22,357 nucleotides of DNA, from contig JBIIPZ010000042.1 of assembly GCA_044342325.1 (NCBI GenBank), forward strand, positions 1 through 22,357. Reading direction: 5' to 3'. The DNA is from Terrimicrobiaceae bacterium (GTDB lineage: Bacteria; Verrucomicrobiota; Verrucomicrobiia; Chthoniobacterales; Terrimicrobiaceae). A program made the position numbers and the translations under genes. Below the pieces are notes generated by a model. It did no database searches and was not told the origin of the DNA. It saw nothing but the letters and a program-made list of their open reading frames with translations. This document shows, piece after piece, positions 7,939-18,266 of the stretch (the first letter of the stretch is position 1; the number at the start of each line of letters is the position of its first letter).

Positions 7939-9582
7939 CTATTCATCATCATCGTCTTTCTTTTTTTTGCCATTGCCCTTGGACATTTTCTTTTTGTCGG
8001 CTCCAGAAAGTTTGTTGCGGGGAGCTCCAGGTTCATCGTAGGTCGGCAGATAATTTTTGAATCGGGCAATGATCTGTTGGGATTCGGGATTCGCGGCCAA
8101 GTTTTTGTGCTCCAGCGGATCGACAGAGTGGTCATAGAGTTCCTCGCCTCCATCGTTTTTGCCTCCATACCAGGTGTAACGGTAGCGACCATCGGTGAGG
8201 GAGTGGTTCTTGTATTGGTAGGTGGTCAGGGTCGGGACATTCCACTCCATGGAAGGATCCTTGAGCAGAGGGGCAAAGCTGCGGCCTTCGTTTTCCGCAT
8301 TGGGTGGCAGTCCGCACAGCTCGACGAGCGTGGGATACATGTCGAGCAGGTTGACCACACCTTCGCATTTGAAATCGGGTTTCGTAACGCCAGGCACGCT
8401 GACAAGCAATGGCACGCGGCACGATTCCTCCCAGAGATCGGTCTTGCCGTATTTCATCTTTTCACTGAGATGCCAACCGTGGTCCCCCCAGAGCATGATG
8501 ATGGTGTTGTCGGCATACTTGCTCTTGGCCAGCGCGTCAAAGACCACGCCGAGGCAGTAATCGATGTAGCTGATATTGGCGAGATAGGCCTGCTGCGCCT
8601 CAAGATGCAGGTTGGCCTTGTCGGCGGCTTCAAAACGCGAATCTGGACGAAAAAGCTCTTTGCCTTTTTTGTCGACGATATCATTCAGATCGTCGCGCAC
8701 GATGTCGACGGCCTTCAGTTTATCGAGCGGATAGAGATCAAAAAACTGCTGTGGAACCTCCCAAGGCAGATGGGGTTTGGAGAGTCCGAGGGCGAGGAAA
8801 AACGGCTTCCCCTCAAAATCACGCTGGAGCTGATCGGCTGCCCATTTGCAGGACAGATAATCCTTGGTCTTTTCAACCGGGGCCTTCACGGCGCCCCATC
8901 GAAACTCCTCACTTTTGTCATTACAGTCTACCGCCGGGGGACTTTTCTTCCATAGCAAACCACCCTTTCCACCTTCGGAGGGTGCGGCGAATTCGTCAAA
9001 CGCCCATTGACCTTCGTCCATGCCGTCTTCCGTCGGGTGTTTATGGAAAATTTTGCCCGTGGAGAGTGTGTGATAGCCGTGCTGGCTGAAGTATTGCGGC
9101 AGGGTGGCGACATCCTTCAACTTGGGTGCAAACTTCATATTTTCTTTATTCCCGTAGATTCCGGTCGAAGCTGCCCGCTTGCCGCTCAGCAGAGCCGATC
9201 GGGAGGGACCACAAACTGTGGATGGAGCGTAAGCTTTATTCATCACCGTCGCCTGCTGCTGGGCCAAGCGATCCATGTTGGGGGTGATCGCCTGCGGGTT
9301 GCCGCCGAAGCAGCCAACCCAATCGTTGAGATCGTCGACCCCGATAAACAAGACATTGTATCCCTTGCTTTGATATTTCGCGGCCTCTTCAAGCTCTGCC
9401 TTCCCGGGGACGGTCGGCTTCGCCTTTTGAACTGGCTGGTTGGACTCGGTGGCAGCGCCGTTTGCGAGCAGCGGCGTGAGGAGCAGGGCGGCTTGGATAA
9501 ATGGCAAGGCGCTGCGACCGGACAGCCCAAGTGGGCTGAGGGTTTTCGCCAGCGATGTGGGTAGAAGATCTTTGATTTTCAT
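7939..9582 (-). CDS. Cys-type sulfatase, iduronate-2-sulfatase-like (probably S1_7)
   Basis: NVLFIGVDDLNDW, CGPSRSALLSG, GKIFH, KPHLPW, WGDHGWHLSEK; signal peptide. Subfamily assigned from motif recall. Confidence 0.88.
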   Translation of the reverse strand: MKIKDLLPTSLAKTLSPLGLSGRSALPFIQAALLLTPLLANGAATESNQPVQKAKPTVPGKAELEEAAKYQSKGYNVLFIGVDDLNDWVGCFGGNPQAITPNMDRLAQQQATVMNKAYAPSTVCGPSRSALLSGKRAASTGIYGNKENMKFAPKLKDVATLPQYFSQHGYHTLSTGKIFHKHPTEDGMDEGQWAFDEFAAPSEGGKGGLLWKKSPPAVDCNDKSEEFRWGAVKAPVEKTKDYLSCKWAADQLQRDFEGKPFFLALGLSKPHLPWEVPQQFFDLYPLDKLKAVDIVRDDLNDIVDKKGKELFRPDSRFEAADKANLHLEAQQAYLANISYIDYCLGVVFDALAKSKYADNTIIMLWGDHGWHLSEKMKYGKTDLWEESCRVPLLVSVPGVTKPDFKCEGVVNLLDMYPTLVELCGLPPNAENEGRSFAPLLKDPSMEWNVPTLTTYQYKNHSLTDGRYRYTWYGGKNDGGEELYDHSVDPLEHKNLAANPESQQIIARFKNYLPTYDEPGAPRNKLSGADKKKMSKGNGKKKKDDDDE

Positions 9583-9618
9583 GGGTTAGTTGATGTTTTG
9601 ATGCGATCGGCAGTTGGC

Positions 9619-11208
9619 TTAGGATTTAGATTCGCTCGGCACTGTTGGCGAGTTCTTGATGGTTTCCAGTTCCTCGGCCAATTCGGCGGCTTTCTCAGGA
9701 TTTTTTTCGATGATGTTTTCCTTCTCGTTCGGATCGGCCGCAAGATTGAAGAGTAGGGGATGCGGAATGGTTGCGGCCGCGAAGCGCTCGTCTTCGGCGT
9801 TGGCTCCGCTACCCATGCCACCCGCACCGGCCGAGGCGGGGATGTATTTCCAGTCGCCCTTGCGAAGTGCGAGTCCACCGATGCCGTGCAGGACAGTGTG
9901 GTCGCGGAGGTTTTTCTTCGTAGTGCCAAGAAGGACGGCAGAGAGATCCAGACTGTCCGGGGCGACAGACGCCGGAAAGTCTTTGCCAACAATCTTCGCC
10001 AAGGTGGCATAGCAATCTACCAGGCTGATCATTTGATCACTGACCCGCGGCTTGATCTGCCCCGGCCAGCGAGCAATGAAGGGAACGCGACAGCCACCTT
10101 CGAAAACGAGATACTTCGAGCCGCGCAGTTCTCCTGCGGGTTGGTGGCCATTCAAGTCCTCCACCGAACGGTCGTAGTAGCCATCGAAAAGAATCGGGCC
10201 ATTGTCGCTGGAGAAGATGATGATGGTGTTCTTCGCCAAATCGAGGCGGTCGAGCGTCTTCATGATTTCGCCAACCTGCCAGTCCACTTGATGGATCACA
10301 TCCCCTCGGACGCCGCTCTCGCTTGTGCCAACAAAAGGCGGCTCGGCCACGCGCGGCACATGCGGCTCGAAAAGGCCGATACTCAGAAAGAAGGGCTCGT
10401 CCTTGTGGCGCTCGATGTATTCCACCGATTTGGCGACAACCTTGGTGGCGAGCTCCTCATCTTTGAACCTCGCCGCGTGGCCGCCTTTCATGTAGCCGAT
10501 GCGGCTGATGCCATTAATGATCGTGCCGGAATGCTGCTTGTCCGCGCCCTGTATGAGCAGATCTGGTCTCTCCAAACCCGTTGGCTCTTCGCTGATGTTG
10601 TTGATGTAGCTGACAATGATCGGATCGGCAGGATCAAGGTTTGGGACTTTGTGATTTTCAACCCACACGCTCGGAACGCGGTCCACGGTGGCAGGAATGA
10701 TGTGGGAATAATCGAAACCGATCTCGAGCGGTCCGGGTTTGACCTCGCCATTGAAATCGAGCTTCGTCTTGCCGTCGCCCAGGCCAAGATGCCATTTGCC
10801 GATAACAGCGGTGTGGTAACCATCTTGGCGCAACAACTCTGGCAGCGTGAGGCGACCTGGCTCGATGCAAAGGGGCGCGTCGCCATCGAGGATGGTATTG
10901 ACCTTCGCTTTTTGCCGCCAAGCATATTCACCGGTGAGCATCGAGTAGCGGGAAGGGGTGCAAGTGGCAGACGGCGCGTAGCCCTGCGTAAAGCGGACGC
11001 CTTCTGCCGCCAACCGGTCAAGGTTTGGAGTTTTGATTTTCGTTGCCCCAGCACAACTCATGTCGCCCGGCCCAAGGTCGTCGGCGAGAATAATGATGAT
11101 GTTGGGTTTGGGATCGGATTTTGGCTCGGATTTGGAAACAGCTGGAGCGGATATTACGGCAAGCGGTGCGAGCAACAGGCTGCTGAGAAAAATAAGTGGC
11201 GTTTTCAT
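9619..11208 (-). CDS. Cys-type arylsulfatase (probably S1_15)
   Basis: PNIIIILADDLG, CTPSRYSMLTGEYAWR, GKWHLGLG, GPLEIGFD, SDNGP, EGGCRVPF; signal peptide. Confidence 0.9.
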   Translation of the reverse strand: MKTPLIFLSSLLLAPLAVISAPAVSKSEPKSDPKPNIIIILADDLGPGDMSCAGATKIKTPNLDRLAAEGVRFTQGYAPSATCTPSRYSMLTGEYAWRQKAKVNTILDGDAPLCIEPGRLTLPELLRQDGYHTAVIGKWHLGLGDGKTKLDFNGEVKPGPLEIGFDYSHIIPATVDRVPSVWVENHKVPNLDPADPIIVSYINNISEEPTGLERPDLLIQGADKQHSGTIINGISRIGYMKGGHAARFKDEELATKVVAKSVEYIERHKDEPFFLSIGLFEPHVPRVAEPPFVGTSESGVRGDVIHQVDWQVGEIMKTLDRLDLAKNTIIIFSSDNGPILFDGYYDRSVEDLNGHQPAGELRGSKYLVFEGGCRVPFIARWPGQIKPRVSDQMISLVDCYATLAKIVGKDFPASVAPDSLDLSAVLLGTTKKNLRDHTVLHGIGGLALRKGDWKYIPASAGAGGMGSGANAEDERFAAATIPHPLLFNLAADPNEKENIIEKNPEKAAELAEELETIKNSPTVPSESKS

Positions 11209-12681
11209 TTATATTTTGTCTGGCTTGGAAACCTCATTTTCCTCGTTCAACATTTCAGGAACCGATTTCACTTTCTTCTTCTTTTTGGGGGGCTTTTGCG
11301 TGTCCTTCTGGGATTGTTCCGGCGCGTCGTAGTAAGGAGAAGGCGTGTGTTGGGCCGCCATGGCGGCTTCGATTTTACTAACGATTTCGGGATGCGCGGC
11401 GGCAAGGTTTGTTGTTTCTGCGGGATCGGCCTTGAGGTCGTAGAGTTCCAGCGGCGCCTTCGTGCCAAGCCGGTAGCCTTTCCAGTCGCCCAAGCGTGCC
11501 GATTGTTGGAAATAGGGCTCGTAGATTTCAAAATAAAGCGCGTCGTGCAGCTTTGATTGTTCCTTGCCAAGCAATGTTGGCAGAATGGAGATGCCGTCCG
11601 TGATGGAAGGTGCCGAACCGCCAATCACATCCGCCGCCGTCGGCAGAAAATCCACAAACGAGGTCACCAGATCGCTGGTCGTGCCGGGCTGAATCTTGCC
11701 CGGCCAACTGGCGATAAACGGCGTGCGGATGCCGCCTTCGTAGAGCGACCTCTTGTAACCACGCAACCCGCCGGTGCTGCCGAGTTGCTCAATGCATTCT
11801 GCGTTGGCGCCGTTATCGGAACCAAAGAAGACCAGTGTGTCGTTCGCGATGCCCAGCTCTTGGAGCTTTTGCATCAAGCGGCCGACATCCTTGTCCACGA
11901 GTGCGACCATGGCGGCGTAATTCTTCATCTCCTCCGGCCAAGGCTTGTCTGAGAATGGGGTATTGTCGGGGATCACCCATTCATCATGGGGTGGTGTCCA
12001 CGCTGCGTAGCAAAAAAACGGGCGGTCCTTGTTTTCCTCGATGAACTTGAGTGTCTCGTCGACGATGTGTGTGTGGGAATAGTCCTGCCATGTGTGGTTG
12101 CCGGATTGCTGGTAGGGCACCTTGACGCTGTTGCGAACCAGGTAGTCGGTGTAGTAGTCATGCGCGTGCACTTGGTCGTAGTAACCGAAGAACACATCAA
12201 AGCCCAAATTCTCCGGCACACCAGTCGTGCCGGGATTGCCCAGGCCCCATTTGCCGAACCCACCGGTCGCGTAACCGGCGTCATGCAACAACCGGGCCAC
12301 GGTTGGTTGCTCGGCCGGGAGTGAGAGAAGACCGACCTTGCTTTTGTTCGCGCGGCGCAGCACATGTCCCGTGTGCTGGCCGGTCATGAGCACACAACGC
12401 GATGGCGCACAGACAGCGCTGCCGCTGTAGGCGCTGTTGAATTTCATTCCCTCCGCCGCGAGCCTGTCGATGTTGGGCGTGATGCCGTATTTGCATCCAT
12501 AGGCCGATATGTCGCCGATGCCCGCGTCATCGAGGAGGATGAAAATGATGTTGGGTTTCTTATCCGCCTGCGGCGACGATTCAGCAGCCGGCGATGCGAC
12601 TGGCAGCAATCCGAGGATGGCTGAAAAAAGCGATAAGTGTTTCTTGATGGGGTTCATAATCGAATTTTTCGGAAGTGTCAT
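11209..12681 (-). CDS. Cys-type arylsulfatase (probably S1_20)
   Basis: [60 protein letters not shown] overlap with the upstream sulfatase; stop abuts the next start (TAAATG). Confidence 0.9.
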   Translation of the reverse strand: MTLPKNSIMNPIKKHLSLFSAILGLLPVASPAAESSPQADKKPNIIFILLDDAGIGDISAYGCKYGITPNIDRLAAEGMKFNSAYSGSAVCAPSRCVLMTGQHTGHVLRRANKSKVGLLSLPAEQPTVARLLHDAGYATGGFGKWGLGNPGTTGVPENLGFDVFFGYYDQVHAHDYYTDYLVRNSVKVPYQQSGNHTWQDYSHTHIVDETLKFIEENKDRPFFCYAAWTPPHDEWVIPDNTPFSDKPWPEEMKNYAAMVALVDKDVGRLMQKLQELGIANDTLVFFGSDNGANAECIEQLGSTGGLRGYKRSLYEGGIRTPFIASWPGKIQPGTTSDLVTSFVDFLPTAADVIGGSAPSITDGISILPTLLGKEQSKLHDALYFEIYEPYFQQSARLGDWKGYRLGTKAPLELYDLKADPAETTNLAAAHPEIVSKIEAAMAAQHTPSPYYDAPEQSQKDTQKPPKKKKKVKSVPEMLNEENEVSKPDKI

Positions 12682-14237
12682 TCTTCTTTAGTTTTCTCTA
12701 TCTTCTCGCCGCGCATGATCCGGTCGTAGAAGTTTCGCTTGGATTCATTGCCGTAGGGATATTTGTCGTAAACATCCCCGTTGCCCAAAAGGCGCGGATC
12801 CTCCTGTTGCTTGAGCTCGTCGAAAAGTTGCGTTTTCAAGGCGGCAAACGAAACCGTTGAAGCCAGATTCGTCATGCAATCCGGATCACTCTTGAGATCA
12901 AACAACTGGTCGGCAGGAAGTTTTCCAAACGAGGCATCAAAGTAGTGCTTGTCCTTGGGTAGGCTCTCCGTTGCGAGCACGGCCGTCTTGGTCGGGCTGT
13001 CGTCCGTATCCTTGTAGCCCGTCTCCACCGCGCCCCCGGGCCAGCGGTCGGTCTCGAAGTTGTGCAAATACAACATCCCGTCCTTAACGATGCCGCGGAT
13101 CGGATAGCCTTCGTCATTCGGTCGACCGACATCGTTTCGTTCCTTGCCAATGAGAACATGGTCGCGCTCCGGAATGACGCGGCCGGATTGGTCCGACTTG
13201 AAAATCTCCGTGAGACTTCGGCCCGTGATAGCTGCCATGCCAGATGCGCTTTGCCCAATGCCGGCGACTTCGAGAAAGGTAGGGGCAAAATCAATGAAGC
13301 TCACATAGTCGTCCACCACCCTGCCCGGCTTGGCGATACCTTGCGGCCACATAATGGCCAGCGGCAGGTGGTCGGAATTGTTGTAGGCATAGCCCTTGCA
13401 ATGCGGAAACGGCATGCCGTTGTCGGAAGTCACCACCACGATTGTGTTCTCGAGCAGGCCACGCTTTTCCAACTCGGCGAGCATGCGGCTCAGATGCAGA
13501 TCAAAATTTTCCACCTCCAACGCGTAATCGAGCATGTCGTTGCGCACCTCCTCGGTATCAGGCCAGCATGCAGGCACGCGGTCGATGTCGGAGGTCTTTT
13601 TGCCCCCCTTGGCCACGCCGGAGCCATATTCGTAGGAGCGATGCGGCTCGTGGCCGCCATACCAGAAGGACCAAGGCTCCCCTGCGGGAACGGCATCCAA
13701 GAAATCATCGAAATTTCCCGCGTAATCGGCTGCCGATATTCCTTTAGTCGGCTTGGCAGGAAATTTCTTTTTATCAAAGGACTTGCCAGTCATCTCACGA
13801 TCCTGGCCGGCGGCATTTTTGGCGATACCCGGGCCCCAGCCCTTGCCGGTCATTCCGACAAAGTAACCCTGCTCACCCAACGCCTCTTGATAGGATTTGA
13901 ACTCAGGCGGAAAAACGGACCAGTGATTGCCAGCCTCCCCGAGTTGCCACGGATTGCGGCCGGTGACGACACTCGCACGCGAAGGAGAACATTTGCCGTT
14001 TGGCGTGTAGGCCTGCGTGAAGAGTATGCCGTCGCGGGCCACGCGATCCATGGCCGGCGTTTTGAACCATTTGCAGCCGTAAACTCCCGCGTGGCCAAAC
14101 GACCAATCGTCCGCAATCGCAAAGAGGATGTTGGGTTTCGCTGGCGACTTCTCCTCTTCAGCGGACGCCAGAAAAACCGGACCAGCCACAAAAGAAGCAG
14201 CAAATGTAACAAGTATGATTTTTATCTGAAAATTCAT
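12678..14237 (-). CDS. Cys-type sulfatase, sulfamidase-like (probably S1_8)
   Basis: [56 protein letters not shown]. Start moved from TTG 14306 to ATG 14237 ([10 protein letters not shown]..., signal peptide). Confidence 0.88.
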   Translation of the reverse strand: MNFQIKIILVTFAASFVAGPVFLASAEEEKSPAKPNILFAIADDWSFGHAGVYGCKWFKTPAMDRVARDGILFTQAYTPNGKCSPSRASVVTGRNPWQLGEAGNHWSVFPPEFKSYQEALGEQGYFVGMTGKGWGPGIAKNAAGQDREMTGKSFDKKKFPAKPTKGISAADYAGNFDDFLDAVPAGEPWSFWYGGHEPHRSYEYGSGVAKGGKKTSDIDRVPACWPDTEEVRNDMLDYALEVENFDLHLSRMLAELEKRGLLENTIVVVTSDNGMPFPHCKGYAYNNSDHLPLAIMWPQGIAKPGRVVDDYVSFIDFAPTFLEVAGIGQSASGMAAITGRSLTEIFKSDQSGRVIPERDHVLIGKERNDVGRPNDEGYPIRGIVKDGMLYLHNFETDRWPGGAVETGYKDTDDSPTKTAVLATESLPKDKHYFDASFGKLPADQLFDLKSDPDCMTNLASTVSFAALKTQLFDELKQQEDPRLLGNGDVYDKYPYGNESKRNFYDRIMRGEKIEKTKEE

Positions 14238-14239
14238 TT

Positions 14240-14344
14240 TCAACCGAGTGTCTGGATTCCTGGCGACTTGCAGATCATCGAGCAGGATTGGCAGGGATAG
14301 TGGCAAAAGGACTGGGCGCCAAAGTGGAGGAGAATGTTTTTCAT
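14240..14344 (-). other. 34-aa Cys-rich upstream ORF in the sulfatase-operon leader
   Basis: [34 protein letters not shown]. Starts 31 nt after promoter copy 4 and stops 2 nt before the sulfatase ATG. Translation unproven. Confidence 0.3.
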
Positions 14345-14375
14345 AAACGACGCCGCGTTAGCGTATGCCAGTTGA

Positions 14376-14405
14376 TTCAGCCAATAGATGGGCTGTGTGA
14401 CGAAA
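14376..14405 (-). promoter_or_regulatory. Putative ECF sigma promoter, copy 4 (sulfatase-GH-symporter operon)
   Basis: Minus strand TTTCGTCACACAGCCCATCTATTGGCTGAA, preceded by a T-tract. Confidence 0.72.
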
Positions 14406-14585
14406 AAAAGGAACATGAGCCCAGTCGCCCACGCCATGACTTCCGCCATCCCGTCATTGATGTTCACTCTGGCAAACCCAGCCTCAAGTCGCAAAGCGAT
14501 GCTCATGAGGAAGATAATTTTCCAAGTGTTGGCCTAGCGGGGCTGCGACCTGCGGCGGGTCATGCGAAGAGGCATTTGAAAGGAG

Positions 14586-16181
14586 TTATTTGCGGACGAC
14601 TTCAACCATATGCACGGTCAGATCGGCTCCGAGCGCGCGCAGGCTCACATGCGCACTGGCGTCGTTTTTCGGGAAAACCTGGCGAGTTAGTTCCCATGTG
14701 ACAGTTTTCCAGCGACCGGAATCGCTGCATTGAGCGTGAAAAGTTTGGCCGTCGGCTTGAACCTCGAACGCACCAGTGCCGCGATCGAGATAGGTGACGC
14801 GGAGTTCGGCCGCTTGCGTGGTGAGGCTGGCAGCGAAGCGGTCGTCCAGCACGAGTTGCATTGTCTGGTCGCATGGCAACAGGCGCGCCCAAGCTCCAAA
14901 ACGCTGGTCATCCGGGCCGACGCTCTTCACCTCGCGAGTGTGATCGGGCAGGCGTTGCATGAGGAAGGTGTAATCGCCCTTGAGGGTGTCGCCCTCGCGA
15001 AAGGCAACCCAGGCCCCGGGCGCTGAATCTGGACTAGCGTGATAGCCCGCGTATTTGGCGGCAAAACGAAACGCCGCATCGAACTCGTCCTTAAACACTG
15101 CCGCATCCGTGGTGGCGGCTTTCCCGCCACGATAACGGCCACTGAGGGCCACTTCGAGATCGGTGCCGTAACACGCGACGAAAGAGACGCCACAATGCAG
15201 GTCGCACAGCAGGCGCCAGTAGTTCCACTGTGGCGGACTGCACCAGCGCGGATCTGTCTTGCCGCCGTGGTGACCCCAGGCGCTGGCCCAGGGCTCGGCG
15301 TAGGCAAGCGTTTTGCCAGTGCGGCAATCATCGAGGAACCGCTGGTATTGGTCGATCCCGCCCTTCCGCGGTTCCACTTCACTGCTGGTATGAAACCAGC
15401 ACAAGCGCCCGCTTTGAAAATCCTGCCCGAATTGCCCGCGCAAATCCGGCTTGATGTTGTTACGCACAAACACGCGAGTGTGCGGTGAAAACTCCTTCAC
15501 GAATGTCTCCAGCACACGAGTCTGGTAGGCGCGGGCCAGTGCTGGCGTAAACGCTTCCCCAGGGCTTGCACCCGAAGGCACGCTCCATTGCGACAGGGGA
15601 ATCTTCTCGCGAGGGACTTGCAGGTGCTCCGTGCCGATGGCGTTAAAGTTTTGCCTCACCCCGAGCAAAGACGCGCGGTAGGGGGATTGCTTCAGAAACG
15701 CTGCGTAGGCCCGCAGGAAATTGAGATACGCCCGCTCGAACTCCGGATGCCAATACATGAGCGTGCCCCGTTTATCGCGCACCTGCACCCCCAGAGGCTC
15801 CGGCAGAAAAGGCACGCGGTCAAACAGCCACGCCGGCTTGATGTTGCCGTTGACCTGCACCGTGAAGGGCTTGTTTTGTTCATGCAGGATTTGCATCTTT
15901 GCCGTCAGCTGGCTGAAGTCATACTGACCCTCCGCAGTTTCCAGATCGGCCCACTGCATGACGACCTGACCTCCGGTAATATAGGGCAATTCCATCACCT
16001 CTGGCGTGCGTTCATACCAGATTGCATACAGACCACGGTGGATTGGAGGCGATGCCAGCGCGCCCACAACGGAGTTCGCGGCATGCAGCGCGGACGGCGA
16101 TGTGAGCGGCGGCGCGGCGGGAGCAGAAAATAAACTCCCAGCCAAAAGCGCTGCGACGAGGGAGATAAATTTTTGCCGCAT
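14586..16181 (-). CDS. Secreted GH42-like glycoside hydrolase, family unassigned (distant relative of paralogs A and B)
   Basis: Signal peptide; WADLETAEGQYDFS, PAWLF, YWHPEF, GTEH, YAEPW, FAAKYAGY and a C-terminal YLDRGTG..SGRWKT module. Confidence 0.78.
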   Translation of the reverse strand: MRQKFISLVAALLAGSLFSAPAAPPLTSPSALHAANSVVGALASPPIHRGLYAIWYERTPEVMELPYITGGQVVMQWADLETAEGQYDFSQLTAKMQILHEQNKPFTVQVNGNIKPAWLFDRVPFLPEPLGVQVRDKRGTLMYWHPEFERAYLNFLRAYAAFLKQSPYRASLLGVRQNFNAIGTEHLQVPREKIPLSQWSVPSGASPGEAFTPALARAYQTRVLETFVKEFSPHTRVFVRNNIKPDLRGQFGQDFQSGRLCWFHTSSEVEPRKGGIDQYQRFLDDCRTGKTLAYAEPWASAWGHHGGKTDPRWCSPPQWNYWRLLCDLHCGVSFVACYGTDLEVALSGRYRGGKAATTDAAVFKDEFDAAFRFAAKYAGYHASPDSAPGAWVAFREGDTLKGDYTFLMQRLPDHTREVKSVGPDDQRFGAWARLLPCDQTMQLVLDDRFAASLTTQAAELRVTYLDRGTGAFEVQADGQTFHAQCSDSGRWKTVTWELTRQVFPKNDASAHVSLRALGADLTVHMVEVVRK

Positions 16182-16235
16182 TTTTATTTTGTAATTCGGC
16201 GACTGTTTCCCAGTAAATGCTCGCGGCTATTCCTC

Positions 16236-18233
16236 TTAGGAACCCTTATTTTTCTTGTTCTTCTTGCCAGCCTTATTCTTGCTTCCTGCGTTGCTATCGC
16301 TTTCTGAGTTACTATCACTTTCTGCGTTGTTATTGTATTTGGTTCCTTTTGCGTTAGGGACAACGCGCCAATTGGTAGGAGGGCGCAGAGGTGGAACTTC
16401 AGGCTCGCCGCGGTGGACTTCGATGAGGCTGAAGATGTCATTCTTGTCGTCGGCGTTCACGAGAGCGAGGTCGGAGCCCTTGGTGCCTCCGCGACGGAAA
16501 ACGGCGTCTTTCAAGGTGACAACCTCATGATGCCATTGCTTGTCGCCTTTGCCGGTCACTGTCACCGCCGTTTTCATGGCTAGTTTGCCGGCATCGTAAT
16601 CGAGTTTCCAAGTCGAGCCCGCCTCTCCGTCATACCAGACGACGGTGATCGTCATGACTTTGGGTTTGGCGTCTTGGGAAAAGCCCTCATGTAGTTGGAA
16701 ATACATCGCATCCTTGCCCGAAGCGTGTTCGAAGCCGCGCGCAAACCGGGAATAGATGGACGAAGTGGGAGTGATGGGGCCGCCGACGCGCCAGAGCGGG
16801 ATGGAGGTGGCATCCGCGTCGATTTGCTCAAGGAACCGGGAGTAGTTGTCAGGCCAGATGAGCCAGCCCACATCATTGAATCCGGTTTGATCGCCCCGTT
16901 GAGCAACTTGCCCCATCTTGAGTGCGCTTTCATCGTCCACGGCAGCACCATACTTGGCGAATTCGGCGCAGATTTTCAGCATGCGATCCACATTTTTGCT
17001 CTCAGCTTTTCCGAACTTCGCCTCGGGGTAGGCCTTGGTATCAGCGGCATCCAATCCCTTGTGCAGGGCGCAGAAGGCATCGGTGGCTGTCTTCGGAGTA
17101 ATCTGCCCCGCATATTTGTTGAAGAAGTAAAAGGCATAGTCGAAACCCTGTTCCTTGCTCGCAACGATGGCGCCTTGGGTGACATCCCAGACGCTCTGGC
17201 CCGAATTCAGAGCATTAATCGCACCCCAATAGAAGTTCAGCGGGACATTGAGCTGATACAACGGCCGCGTCCAAGTTTGGTCCATCTCCGAGCGCCGAAA
17301 CAGGGTCAATTCCTTGGGCGCGACGAGGTATGGAAGGAATGTCGTCATCGCCGGGCCTTCCCCGCTGAGGTGGTGACCACGGGAAAGCGCTCCGTTCTTG
17401 ATGCCGAAGCCGTCCTTGAGCGTTTTGGTTGCCCAGTGCCACGCTTCCGAAAAATCATGCTTGCCGTCTTCTTGGGGTTCGGGGGCCAAATCGTTGAACA
17501 GCAGGCTGATTTTCAGGTCGGGATCCGAATTGAAAAGTTTCGCATACATGGCAAAGGTCTCAAGGCGGAACTTCTGCCAGGCCGGACTTTCCCTCTCCAG
17601 ACTGTATTTGCGATCCAAAGGTTCTCCCTTGTAAGCACACTCGTCTCCGGTGCAGCCCGTTTTGACCTGTATAAAGGCGATCCGCTCCCTCTTATCCTTC
17701 GGGTAGCGGCGGATGTGCTTAGCTACTTCCGTGAGGAAACGATGGAAATACATTTTGTATTTCGGGTCGGGATAGTAGGGGTAGTGGGGGAATTTCTCCT
17801 CATGCCTCTCATTGTTCGTAAGCACCTTGGGCACGCCTTTTTCATAGACCCAGTCAGGCGTTTTCGGGCCGGCCTCGAAGGATAAATACACGGATATCTT
17901 GTTTTTAGAGGCGTGCTCCAAAGCCTCATCCATTACGCTCCAATCATAAACTCCCGGCTTTTTCTCAATGGCATCCCAAGGGGCATCGCACGAAGTCCCA
18001 CGCAGAAAGGGATATTCTTTGAAATCCATGACCTCCCCCCGATCCCAGACCCCGAAGGAACTGGGCTGCGGAGTGGCTTGGATGGGAAATGAGGAAGCGA
18101 GGCCGATCAGACCAAGAAGGCCAATCGATCTGGCGCAGGCAGGGAGGTTGAAATAAGGTGCGACCTGGCTCAGGCACTCCGCGAGGCGTTGCAGCAAGGC
18201 GGATGAGATTTTTTCAAGAGGATTGTGGTTCAT
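16236..18233 (-). CDS. Secreted GH42-like glycoside hydrolase, family unassigned (paralog B)
   Basis: WDAIEKKPGVYDW, GPKTPDWVYEKGVP, RSEMD, FFNKYAGQ, NDVGW..PDNYSRFLEQID; colinear with 6244-7884. Low-complexity S/D/N/K tail. Confidence 0.8.
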   Translation of the reverse strand: MNHNPLEKISSALLQRLAECLSQVAPYFNLPACARSIGLLGLIGLASSFPIQATPQPSSFGVWDRGEVMDFKEYPFLRGTSCDAPWDAIEKKPGVYDWSVMDEALEHASKNKISVYLSFEAGPKTPDWVYEKGVPKVLTNNERHEEKFPHYPYYPDPKYKMYFHRFLTEVAKHIRRYPKDKRERIAFIQVKTGCTGDECAYKGEPLDRKYSLERESPAWQKFRLETFAMYAKLFNSDPDLKISLLFNDLAPEPQEDGKHDFSEAWHWATKTLKDGFGIKNGALSRGHHLSGEGPAMTTFLPYLVAPKELTLFRRSEMDQTWTRPLYQLNVPLNFYWGAINALNSGQSVWDVTQGAIVASKEQGFDYAFYFFNKYAGQITPKTATDAFCALHKGLDAADTKAYPEAKFGKAESKNVDRMLKICAEFAKYGAAVDDESALKMGQVAQRGDQTGFNDVGWLIWPDNYSRFLEQIDADATSIPLWRVGGPITPTSSIYSRFARGFEHASGKDAMYFQLHEGFSQDAKPKVMTITVVWYDGEAGSTWKLDYDAGKLAMKTAVTVTGKGDKQWHHEVVTLKDAVFRRGGTKGSDLALVNADDKNDIFSLIEVHRGEPEVPPLRPPTNWRVVPNAKGTKYNNNAESDSNSESDSNAGSKNKAGKKNKKNKGS

Positions 18234-18266
18234 AGAAGGAAGTTTGTGCGGAAGTTTATATTTTAG

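Noticed and set aside
9760..11556. 598-aa plus-strand ORF and similar long antisense ORFs (7906-8955, 13062-14300, 16695-17885, 18596-19879)
   Set aside because: They lie antisense to well-supported genes, show no recognisable motifs, and are expected shadows of GC-rich codon usage.
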